This document shows positions 1 to 8,260 of a stretch of DNA of 64,000 nt, piece by piece. The notes under the pieces were generated by a model. The model had not been told where the DNA came from. It ran no database searches and worked only from the letters and a program-made list of their open reading frames with translations. Source of the DNA: a virus; the IMG/VR virus record IMGVR_UViG_3300022750_000002, positions 2,314 through 66,313 of that record. One strand, given 5' to 3'. Position 1 is the first letter of the stretch; each line of letters begins with the position of its first letter. Both the position numbers and the translations under genes were made by a program.

Positions 1-133
1 TTTACCTCACTCCATTCCTCTGGCAGATCAATTACACGTTGTTTGTGTTTATTCGCCCCATTATACAAAAGAAAGAAGCAACAAAATGGCATAAAAATAC
101 AACAGCCCATAAATAACGAGATTATAAACTTTC

Positions 134-421
134 TCATAAAGTATCCTTTTTACTTACAGACTTAGTTAAATACTTTCTTTGTGGTTTACCTGTTTTAGTA
201 AGCTTACCAGTCTCAAAATACAGTCTTCCGTTCTTAGATTGATATACGGTATACATCTTGCCATCTAATCTGGCTGTATTGGTTGTTTTAATGCGATCTA
301 AGGCATCTAAATCGTAAAGCTTACCATTTGATTGTCTTGTTTGAGAAAATACGCCTGATGCAGTTAAACTGATTGTCGCAATAATTACTATTACTACAAT
401 GTAAAATGTTGATTTTTTCAT
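134..421 (-). CDS. Small early protein with N-terminal signal/TM segment
   Basis: ORF on operon strand; hydrophobic N-terminus FYIVVIVIIATISLTA. Confidence 0.65.
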   Translation of the reverse strand: MKKSTFYIVVIVIIATISLTASGVFSQTRQSNGKLYDLDALDRIKTTNTARLDGKMYTVYQSKNGRLYFETGKLTKTGKPQRKYLTKSVSKKDTL

Positions 422-461
422 TTTTAATGAGTTTTAAGAGGTTTATATTGTTTAGCTATGC

Positions 462-707
462 TCTACATTTAAATAACGGCTTGCAACGTTCATAGGCTGT
501 ATTATAGCTTAATTTTTACGCTGAGGCTATTTCAACTCGATACGATTGTTTCGCTACACCTCTATTTGAGTATCGCGGCAGATTTTAGTTTCCTCCTGGG
601 CTGCACCAGTTTTTTAAGTGTTTAAAGCAACAGTAAGCTATTAGTCATTATTTAAAGATGCTAGGCTAATAAAACATCTATTCAAACCGTTATTTATCAA
701 TGCAAGA
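462..707 (-). ncRNA. Candidate ~240-nt multi-stem structured RNA in ORF-free gap
   Basis: Nested stems 470-483/683-696 (14 bp, one G-U only on minus strand), 504-511/634-641, 538-543/570-575, plus internal hairpins. Confidence 0.5.
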
Positions 708-827
708 TTTGAGATACATTTATCCTGTCTTTTATAATGCAATACAGGCAATACATTTGGCGCTTAGACGTGGGAACGATCCACAACACATATTATTTAA
801 GTGTCTGCCTGCAACTAAGCTGTTTTG

Positions 828-1184
828 TTATTTACTTATATATATTAATGCCTCGGGGTTTTCTTCACAAGCTTTTAAGTAGTCTTCTAACCAAGGTATA
901 AACTGTTCGTATGTTCCCCAGCCATTAGAAGCGCTGAATTGTTTATAATGCTTTGGTTTATCTTTCATATCCTTTATACCATTTTTTAATGGCTTTATAG
1001 CCTCTTTTGCTTTAGTGTCGTAACAGTCCCACGTATAAGGACTTAATCCTGCCTCATGAGCCATTTTACTAAGGTTGTGCGTAATGTTTCTATCGTAAAC
1101 TATTTCGTCTTTTGTTTCTACGTTTTCGCCGCAATGAGGGCATTTTATTGAAATTGTGGAATACAATGCTATATCTAAGCTCAT
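828..1184 (-). CDS. Conserved phage hypothetical protein (CxxC; NITHNL...NGWGTY motifs)
   Basis: Motifs recognised as a widespread phage family, function unknown. Confidence 0.75.
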   Translation of the reverse strand: MSLDIALYSTISIKCPHCGENVETKDEIVYDRNITHNLSKMAHEAGLSPYTWDCYDTKAKEAIKPLKNGIKDMKDKPKHYKQFSASNGWGTYEQFIPWLEDYLKACEENPEALIYISK

Positions 1185-1286
1185 AATATTTAATTTAAGG
1201 GTGTTTTAAAGCCATTACAGGCATTTATAAATGTTATTGGTGTATTGTGTTGGGTGTGGTGGTAGAGTTGATTAGAAGGGCTTAAA

Positions 1287-1682
1287 TTAGTCTTCGTTTT
1301 GATCGTCTTCTAATTGACTTTCAAGTTCGTCAAAATCAAACATATCAAACTCTGATTGATTATCAACTGCATACTTAGCAATGTTATAAGGATAATCCTC
1401 TAAATCCGGTACTTCAAAGTAATTGGTACTTTCCAAATTGCCATATCCGTTAAACTGCACATAATTGTCAGAAAACCTATAGTCTCCAAAATAACAAGCT
1501 CTAACCGCATCTGAAGCACTGCTAAAATTTTCATTTAAAAAGTCCTCATCATTGTCGTATACTCTACTTTCAGATCCAATAGAGCCACAATAAGCGTTGT
1601 TTAATGAAATTAATTCTTGTTCACTCATCTCGTTGATTTGATCAACTATTAAGTCTGTTAGATTTTTTGATTGAGTAGTCAT
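1287..1682 (-). CDS. Highly acidic early protein, candidate DNA mimic/anti-restriction
   Basis: 31 D+E vs 5 K+R in 131 aa; early position; function inferred. Confidence 0.55.
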   Translation of the reverse strand: MTTQSKNLTDLIVDQINEMSEQELISLNNAYCGSIGSESRVYDNDEDFLNENFSSASDAVRACYFGDYRFSDNYVQFNGYGNLESTNYFEVPDLEDYPYNIAKYAVDNQSEFDMFDFDELESQLEDDQNED

Positions 1683-1717
1683 AATATGTTTTTTTTAATT
1701 AGCGTGTATAAGATTAG

Positions 1718-1891
1718 TTAGTTGTTAAAAGACTCTATATAGTTATTGATTTCTTTTTCTTCTACAATGTCGGACATGTAACCATAATTCATTATTAAAT
1801 TAGATTGTTCAATTTGTGCTTGTCTCAGGCTTGTAAAGTCTTTGCCATTACATAATAGTTTGCCTTCATAAAAAAGATAATATTTTGCCAT
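1718..1891 (-). CDS. Small hypothetical protein (57 aa, not in ORF track)
   Basis: ATG 1891 to TAA 1718, fills gap on operon strand. Confidence 0.55.
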   Translation of the reverse strand: MAKYYLFYEGKLLCNGKDFTSLRQAQIEQSNLIMNYGYMSDIVEEKEINNYIESFNN

Positions 1892-1959
1892 TTTAAAGCT
1901 ATTTAAAGAGTTTAATTAATTGAGTTGATACTTTGTGTTGGTTAGTTATTTACGTGTGC

Positions 1960-2535
1960 TTAGAACATTTTACCATCAACAGTAAACTCGTATTCATTTC
2001 CGATAATACAGTCCTTAGCATATTCCTCACTACTTTTATATTCTATTTCTGAATAACCGGTATTTTCAAGTTCAGCACACAAAAACATGTATTTGTCTTG
2101 AATGTAGATTTTAATGTCATTTACATAGCTTGTAAGCCTATTATATTCAGCGTAGCTATTTGTATCTATATAAAAGCTAACATCTGTAGCACAAGCGTAT
2201 GCATAATGACCTGTATTAGCTTCGCAACATCCGTAACAGTTAGCTAAAATAACTTGCAATACACTTTCTTTAATATCCGGCTTACATTCTTTAATCAACC
2301 TAGGCAAATCTAAATCAGCATCAAACGATAGTCCGTCACCTTGTGAATAAGATAAACTATATCTTACCTTAGCATTATTAAATCCTTGCTCTGCTGCCCG
2401 TTCAGCACATTCATCCTCAAAGTTCCACAACTCAATATTTTCGTAGTTAGTAGACAGATAATTGCTGATAGCCGTTTGTTGTGCTGTTACGCTTAATTCT
2501 TCGAATTTGTAAACCTTTGTTCTAATTGTTCTCAT
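1960..2535 (-). CDS. Conserved early phage protein (VYKFEELS...YSQGDG...YEFTVDG family)
   Basis: Recognisable family motifs; function uncertain. Confidence 0.7.
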   Translation of the reverse strand: MRTIRTKVYKFEELSVTAQQTAISNYLSTNYENIELWNFEDECAERAAEQGFNNAKVRYSLSYSQGDGLSFDADLDLPRLIKECKPDIKESVLQVILANCYGCCEANTGHYAYACATDVSFYIDTNSYAEYNRLTSYVNDIKIYIQDKYMFLCAELENTGYSEIEYKSSEEYAKDCIIGNEYEFTVDGKMF

Positions 2536-2544
2536 AATTTGTCC

Positions 2545-2727
2545 GTCTTTTTAATCTGAAGCGGCTAACAGGTTCATAATAAGTAATATCCAGTGTTCTT
2601 AAATTGTGGTTATTCACTGGCTTCTACCGCCTAAGCCCCGCCTTTATTTCAGGGCGAGGCAGGCTAACATGTAGCTGGTATTTCAAATCAGCATCTTTAT
2701 ACCGCAATTGCAGTAACGGTAATTATT
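2545..2727 (-). ncRNA. Candidate structured intergenic RNA / processing site
   Basis: GC-rich hairpin GCCTCGCC/GGCGGGGC, CCAGTG/CACTGG and TACCG/CGGTA stems in an ORF-free gap. Confidence 0.4.
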
Positions 2728-2901
2728 TTAAAGATTAAACCAATTTAATTTTTTATAATCTTCTTCTGTGCAATATTTCTCGGTGCATAGTACCGATTTA
2801 TTAAAACATACTAAACAGACGATAAAAGCGCCCGTTTTGACCGCATAAATAATTTGTGTTTCATCATATTTGGTAACAACACACTCGTAATAGCTTTTCA
2901 T
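2728..2901 (-). CDS. Small Cys-rich hypothetical protein (57 aa, not in ORF track)
   Basis: ATG 2901 to TAA 2728 on operon strand. Confidence 0.55.
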   Translation of the reverse strand: MKSYYECVVTKYDETQIIYAVKTGAFIVCLVCFNKSVLCTEKYCTEEDYKKLNWFNL

Positions 2902-2930
2902 CTTATTTCTTAGTTAATTGTTAACGGTAA

Positions 2931-3101
2931 TTATATTAAATCAAATTTCTTAGCTAAACTTTTAACGGCCTTAACCAAATCGTAACCTCTTATGTATTTA
3001 GGTTTTTCTTTAGTGTTGATATTTACGTTTTTATCGCCTCTTAATATATCAGATAAAGCAGCATCTAATACCGCCTTATCTTTTTTGGTTAATTCAATCA
3101 T
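2931..3101 (-). CDS. Small hypothetical protein (56 aa, not in ORF track)
   Basis: ATGA overlap with the upstream gene's stop. Confidence 0.6.
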   Translation of the reverse strand: MIELTKKDKAVLDAALSDILRGDKNVNINTKEKPKYIRGYDLVKAVKSLAKKFDLI

Positions 3102-3364
3102 TTAGAATTTAAGAATGAATTATTATCGAACATTTCTTTAAAGTGTTTATGAGTAACGCCAGGTGTTAAGTCTCTATTAAAGTCAATTCTGAAAGTTTTT
3201 TCACCTTTTTTAGTGCTAAACTTAAAATAACCGCCTTGTAAATCCCATACCGCATCTATATCAATAACAATTCCTAAAAATTCGCCTTGAGTAATTATAT
3301 CACCTCTTTTAATTTCCTCTATTTGATCTATTGTCATTTCGTAAATGTTAACGTGGGTAGTCAT
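3098..3364 (-). CDS. First gene of leftward early operon, hypothetical
   Basis: ORF directly downstream of consensus promoter. Confidence 0.65.
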   Translation of the reverse strand: MTTHVNIYEMTIDQIEEIKRGDIITQGEFLGIVIDIDAVWDLQGGYFKFSTKKGEKTFRIDFNRDLTPGVTHKHFKEMFDNNSFLNSK

Positions 3365-3408
3365 CTTTTCTACAATTTATCAAACAACCTTATTGCTGTT
3401 TGCTTGAA

Positions 3409-3439
3409 CAAATATAGATATAGTTTCCGTATTACCAAA
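3409..3439 (-). promoter_or_regulatory. Bacteroidota sigma-A promoter for leftward early operon
   Basis: TTTG-N19-TATATTTG, matching the -33/-7 consensus TTTG/TANNTTTG. Confidence 0.75.
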
Positions 3440-3886
3440 ACTATTTGCTAAATAAGTTTATGTATTACCATAACCTACTGTAAATCAAGCATAAAAAATT
3501 AATATAAATACCATTAAACACCTAACAACAACGCAATCAAACCCATACATCCCATCCAATACACCTACAATAACACAACAACCCAATTAACCTACAAACA
3601 ACATTCACAATAACAATCAGCCTTTAACACTTCACAACTCCCATATATATCTATACAACACTACTATTATTCGTATTACAACAACCTCAATCATATGCTT
3701 TATTATACCGAAAATTAGGATTGATACAGAAATTGGAGTTTTTTCGGTGGAATTTGACCCCTCAACACCTCTCTCTATACACACAAAAACACCGTTTAAA
3801 CTATCGTGAATTGTTTTCAGGTATAAATATGACTTATGTTGAATTGAATACAATATTTTTGTCTATTTTTAATAAAAACATAAATT

Positions 3887-4450
3887 ATGGCATACAAAGG
3901 ATTTAAAGTAATTAAAATAGATGGTGTTAACTATCGTAAATATCCTAGCGGTACAATAAAATACATTGCTCCGCTAGAGTCTAAGCACGCTGCATATAAG
4001 AAAGAATCTTGTGTTTATCTCGTTACAGATAAAACTAATGGAAGGCTTTACGTTGGATCAACTGTAAACATGAGAAATAGAATGAGGGCTTATGAAACTA
4101 AGGATTTAAAGAAAGATGTATTTAAGGGGGTTAAGTTTGAAGATCTTTTAATTGAAGTGTTGGAATATTGTGACAACCTCACAACTGAGCAACGTCTATA
4201 TAGAGAATATGAATACATAATAAAATTAAACACCATTTACCCAGCAGGAAATAATATTCAATGTCCTGTAAGAAAAATTAAATTCAGCTTACTTGATATG
4301 TCCAACTATAACCCACTTACACATGTTTTTGTAAGAAATAAGGAAGTCTACGATAAGGATAAGTATGAGAAAAGAAAACATATTATATCTCAACAAAGAA
4401 AAGATAGGTATAGAAAAGCTAATAAAGGAGACAAACAGCCTAACTGTTAA
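3887..4450 (+). CDS. GIY-YIG endonuclease (free-standing homing-type)
   Basis: CVYLVTDKTNGRLYVGSTVNMRNRMRAY motif and downstream E...N residues. Confidence 0.85.
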   Translation: MAYKGFKVIKIDGVNYRKYPSGTIKYIAPLESKHAAYKKESCVYLVTDKTNGRLYVGSTVNMRNRMRAYETKDLKKDVFKGVKFEDLLIEVLEYCDNLTTEQRLYREYEYIIKLNTIYPAGNNIQCPVRKIKFSLLDMSNYNPLTHVFVRNKEVYDKDKYEKRKHIISQQRKDRYRKANKGDKQPNC

Positions 4451-4883
4451 ATATCAATCATAGTTATATGTATTAATTACAATCTATTTTAAGGAGTTGT
4501 AAGGCGTTTAGTTTATGATCTAACAGATTGTATTGCCTTATCCTTATCTAAGCTTAAACAGGTCGATTTGACTTTATACAATCATAGGGCAAACAGACAA
4601 CAACCCAAAGCAAAACAAATGATCATAACTAGGTACCCCAGTGTATAGGATCGGGTTTATTTCGATGGTGATGGGAGGAGAAGGGGAGGGGATAGACCCA
4701 TCTATCAAAACATGTAGAAAAAATTTTAAAGTTTTTTATCTAAGTATTACTGCTTACTACTGATAAACAGGTTATTACATGTTGTTTAAAAAAGAGTCTT
4801 ACTAATAGAATAGGGAATAAGATAAGGATTAGTCTGAAATACAGATAGTTACAAGCTTTTTACTGCCGGAATACTGCGTAAGT

Positions 4884-4919
4884 TTGCGAGAATGTCAGTA
4901 AATGTTGCTAGAATGTCAG
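4884..4919 (+). repeat. Iteron-like direct repeat TTGC(G/T)AGAATGTCAG x2, 21-bp period
   Basis: 4884-4898 and 4905-4919, 14/15 identical. Confidence 0.6.
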
Positions 4920-4936
4920 GAATATCTGTATAAATA

Positions 4937-4968
4937 TTTGGTAGTAATAGCAATATATTGTATGTTTG
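4937..4968 (+). promoter_or_regulatory. Sigma-A promoter for rightward middle operon
   Basis: TTTG-N20-TATGTTTG. Confidence 0.7.
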
Positions 4969-4995
4969 TTGTATAAATAATTGATACAATAAAAT

Positions 4996-5529
4996 GTGTA
5001 TAACAAGAAAAGAAATGCAAAAAGAAGAACCATTAGGGTTTCAAATGGCGTTGATAGGGTTATTGACGAGAATGGAGAAATTGTTAGCGAGGTGTTCAAG
5101 TTTAAGGATGTGTTGCTACTTGATGAAAGAAGGAGGTGGTGCAGTATGATGTTAGATGATGATTTGTTATTCGACTTTTTAAATGGGTTGGGGAATCAAG
5201 GTAAAGTGTGGGGTTTTGTATTGTTGAAATATGACAAAGATAATTGCGTATTTTACTTTGGGGCTTCGATTAAAGAGATGTGTGAGCAGATAACTGGATT
5301 AAGTGACGGAACTATCAGGTCGGCAATTAGAGGCTTCTGTGATAGTGGCATGTTGCTTAAAATAAGGAATGCCGAATACATGGTCAATCCTAAAGCTTTC
5401 TATACAGGTAACTTTGATAACAGGCAAAAGATGATAGATGTCTTTGAAGAAAAGCAAAAGGCTTTAGAAACACTTAAAAGTAATAAACCTTTAAATGACA
5501 AAATAAATGAAGCCGATACTGATAAGTAA
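4996..5529 (+). CDS. RepL-like winged-helix replication/maintenance protein
   Basis: HTH followed by YMVNPKAFYTG, the RepL-type YxxNP...G signature. Confidence 0.65.
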   Translation: MYNKKRNAKRRTIRVSNGVDRVIDENGEIVSEVFKFKDVLLLDERRRWCSMMLDDDLLFDFLNGLGNQGKVWGFVLLKYDKDNCVFYFGASIKEMCEQITGLSDGTIRSAIRGFCDSGMLLKIRNAEYMVNPKAFYTGNFDNRQKMIDVFEEKQKALETLKSNKPLNDKINEADTDK

Positions 5530-5875
5530 ATTAGCAAAAGAATTGGATAGGATTGATTTAGTGCAATATTCAATTGAATGCCCATATTGTTTAAAAACAA
5601 GAATATACCGATTTGATACAAACATAAAGTCAGGCGTAAAATGTAAATGCTGTCAAGAGTCATTTGCAGTTAGATATTTTACCGAAGAAGAGGAATATCA
5701 ATTAGACTGCGAAAATACAGAACTTGTTCAATGTGATAAATGTGAATATGTATGGAATGTAGATGACTTACGTAGCGAACAGAAATTGGTAAACATTGAT
5801 GGAAACCTAATAAGTAAAACTATATGTGATTGTGGTAGCGATAAATTTAGCGAGCTAATAATTTTAAATAAATAA
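5507..5875 (+). CDS. Zinc-finger protein
   Basis: CPYC, CKCC, CDKC, CDC motifs. Confidence 0.7.
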   Translation: MKPILISKLAKELDRIDLVQYSIECPYCLKTRIYRFDTNIKSGVKCKCCQESFAVRYFTEEEEYQLDCENTELVQCDKCEYVWNVDDLRSEQKLVNIDGNLISKTICDCGSDKFSELIILNK

Positions 5876-5999
5876 AAAATGGAAAGAAACCTAATTAAAG
5901 AAGAAGCAGATAAATATCAGGAGTTATTCAACTTTTTCAGTCAAGAACACAACCTAACACTAACCATTAGTGAAATGGATGAAATAATTAGAGAGGTAG

Positions 6000-6230
6000 A
6001 TGTATTTAAAAAACAATATAAATAATATGGAAGATTTAAAAAGAGTGTATGTAACACAAGATGATGACGGACATTGGTACGTTATACCTTATGAGCTTAG
6101 GGCAGACTTTAGAGTAACTATGGCTAACTACGAAACATCAGATGATGCACAAGAACACTTCGACGCTGTATTCTCTCAGTACGCTACAGGAGGAGATATT
6201 AATTTAATAGAGTTATATGCTAGGATATGA
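6000..6230 (+). CDS. Hypothetical protein (DDDGHWYVIP motif)
   Basis: Operon tiling; true start probably the internal MEDLK. Confidence 0.65.
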   Translation: MYLKNNINNMEDLKRVYVTQDDDGHWYVIPYELRADFRVTMANYETSDDAQEHFDAVFSQYATGGDINLIELYARI

Positions 6231-6544
6231 AACAACAATTTATAAACGTATTCGATAGCGTAAGTTATGCCGATGGTGTTGATTACTTAGTTAAATGCCC
6301 TATTAAAGAGCATTACGGAGGTAACTATAGGCTTGAATACGATGGTAAGTATATTACTCTGTTTGGTTCTCATACAGGCTATAAAGGCTTTAAATGGGCT
6401 GATGATAATCCTGATTGGTTTGAAGAAATGGTATTAGTTCCTGTTGTGGCCGAATGCAGGAACGCAAGTCCCGAAATAAAAGAAATTAATGACGAATACA
6501 TATTGGTGGCACTTAATTTAAAACAAAAACATGAAAAAAATTAA
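6227..6544 (+). CDS. Hypothetical protein
   Basis: ATGA overlap tiling. Confidence 0.65.
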   Translation: MKQQFINVFDSVSYADGVDYLVKCPIKEHYGGNYRLEYDGKYITLFGSHTGYKGFKWADDNPDWFEEMVLVPVVAECRNASPEIKEINDEYILVALNLKQKHEKN

Positions 6545-6747
6545 ATTAACTGTTGATGATTTACATCAAATAGCATCGTTTCATTGTATTGTAAAGAATT
6601 ATTTAAAAATGAAACGAATTGAAATTAGCAAAATATAAACCATAAACAACATGATAGAAATAGAAATCAATGACAGCGAACAAATGGTAACAATAGAGTG
6701 CCATGTAAGTAAAAGACTATTTGAGTTATCAGCAGGGGAACTTGTAG

Positions 6748-7173
6748 ATGCAATATGCCTTTGGCAGGAAACTAAAGCGGAAATGGAGGGAGATAATGGA
6801 AATTAAAGCAAGTGAATTACGGGTAGGAAATTTGGTTTTTTTGTGTAATGATATTGTATCGATTGAAGGTATTGATTCACACGAAAATATTAAAGTTTGT
6901 GGTTATTATCCTTTAGCTAAACTACAGCCAATACCGATTTCAGAAGAAATACTTTTAAATTTTAAAGCAAAATTTAAAAAAAACATACCATTTTTTGATA
7001 TCCATATGCCACGAAACATTGGATATATATCCATTAACCCAAACAACAATATGATTTGGCTAAGACATCACACAACTAGAGCATCCTTAAACCCTGGGTC
7101 AATACATTACCTACATCAACTTCAAAACCTATACTTCGCATTGACAGGAGAAGAATTGGAGGTTAACCCATGA
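6748..7173 (+). CDS. Bacteroidota phage 'SELRxGN...LHQLQNLYF' family protein, paralogue 1
   Basis: Terminal motifs shared with 52588-53031 and 55975-56382; start probably MEIKASEL. Confidence 0.75.
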   Translation: MQYAFGRKLKRKWREIMEIKASELRVGNLVFLCNDIVSIEGIDSHENIKVCGYYPLAKLQPIPISEEILLNFKAKFKKNIPFFDIHMPRNIGYISINPNNNMIWLRHHTTRASLNPGSIHYLHQLQNLYFALTGEELEVNP

Positions 7174-7454
7174 AAACAGCAGAGCAAATAGTAGAGGAAA
7201 ACTTCAAAGGTTTAGACGACTTAATTAAAGATAAAGAGTTGGTTCATTTCTATAAAGGAGTCATCAAAGAATGCTTAAAAAGATTTGCAGAACAGTTTAT
7301 TGATTTAGCAGCAGAACAGTCACAAGAAATGATTTATGATAGACAAGATCAACAGCTAATAGAAAGCGGTAAGGGGTTATTATTAAGAGATTTTCAAGTC
7401 TGCTACGCTACACCTAAACAGTCTATTCTTAAACTTAAAGAACTAATCAAATGA
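7170..7454 (+). CDS. Hypothetical protein (MKTAEQI family)
   Basis: Tiling; similar N-terminus to 55694-55978. Confidence 0.65.
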   Translation: MKTAEQIVEENFKGLDDLIKDKELVHFYKGVIKECLKRFAEQFIDLAAEQSQEMIYDRQDQQLIESGKGLLLRDFQVCYATPKQSILKLKELIK

Positions 7455-7657
7455 AGAGAGAATACACGCATTACGCTAAGTTCTACGGCATACCTTGTTA
7501 TTTCAACGAGTATACCTCAGAATTAAAAGGAAGAAATAAGGTTTACGAATGGCTATTAGACATAGCTGTTTGGATTGAGGCTAAATATCCAAGTAGTGAA
7601 TATGGTTTTCCTATTGAAATTGGTAAAGCGTTAGATGACAACAACACCTATCACTGA
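7451..7657 (+). CDS. Hypothetical protein
   Basis: Tiling. Confidence 0.65.
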   Translation: MKREYTHYAKFYGIPCYFNEYTSELKGRNKVYEWLLDIAVWIEAKYPSSEYGFPIEIGKALDDNNTYH

Positions 7658-7761
7658 TTTAAGGCTAAAATAAGCCTCTCTAAGACCATAACTATATTTA
7701 AACAATACAATCATTTACTAAACAGTAATAATCGCTCACATAGATTAAAAACAACTTAAAA

Positions 7762-8016
7762 ATGAGAAAGGCACATGAATTAAAAACAATACAACCTTAC
7801 TTTGATGAAATAGTCAACAATGAAAAAGGTTTTGAACTTAGAAAAATGGATAGAGAATATGAAGTAGGAGATACGTTGATTCTTCAAGAATATGACCCTT
7901 ATACAAATACCTACTCTGGAAGAGAGATAAATAGGGTTATAGGTTATATTTTGCAAGACGCTGTTAATTTTGGACTTAAAAAGGGTTATGGAATACTAGG
8001 GTTTTTAAGTTTTTAA
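7762..8016 (+). CDS. ASCH/PUA-like domain protein (DUF3850)
   Basis: HELKT..PYFDEIV..EKGFELRKMDREYEVGDTLILQEY. Confidence 0.85.
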   Translation: MRKAHELKTIQPYFDEIVNNEKGFELRKMDREYEVGDTLILQEYDPYTNTYSGREINRVIGYILQDAVNFGLKKGYGILGFLSF

Positions 8017-8077
8017 TTATGAAACGTAAACAACTAATTAATCAACTTAACAAGTAACTAAGCTTAAAACGAATATT

Positions 8078-8260
8078 ATGATGATTAACAATAACGGAGA
8101 AAAATTACAAAATGACGGCATGATGTGTGAAGAGCCAAATTGCAACAGAACTCATGGCGCAGATTATAAACGTAAAAACGCTCCTAAAGTATGGAAAGAT
8201 GTGCCAATCTATTTATGTGAAGAGCACGCTAAAGGTTATGAACTTTATGAAGATAAATAA
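8078..8260 (+). CDS. Small Zn-binding hypothetical protein
   Basis: CEEPNC...LCEEH. Confidence 0.55.
   Translation: MMINNNGEKLQNDGMMCEEPNCNRTHGADYKRKNAPKVWKDVPIYLCEEHAKGYELYEDK

Noticed and set aside
1-137. Window ends joining in frame into one gene (137 to 1, then 64000 to 63319) as a circular genome
   Set aside because: An in-frame join has a 1-in-3 chance, an exactly 64,000-bp genome is unlikely, and the N-terminal part looks like a separate small membrane protein.
700-882. 60-aa plus-strand ORF, and many antisense or nested ORFs in the track (e.g. 14455, 19492, 33171, 39146, 43372, 60201)
   Set aside because: They are shadows of longer genes or of the structured RNA on the opposite strand, with no family motifs.
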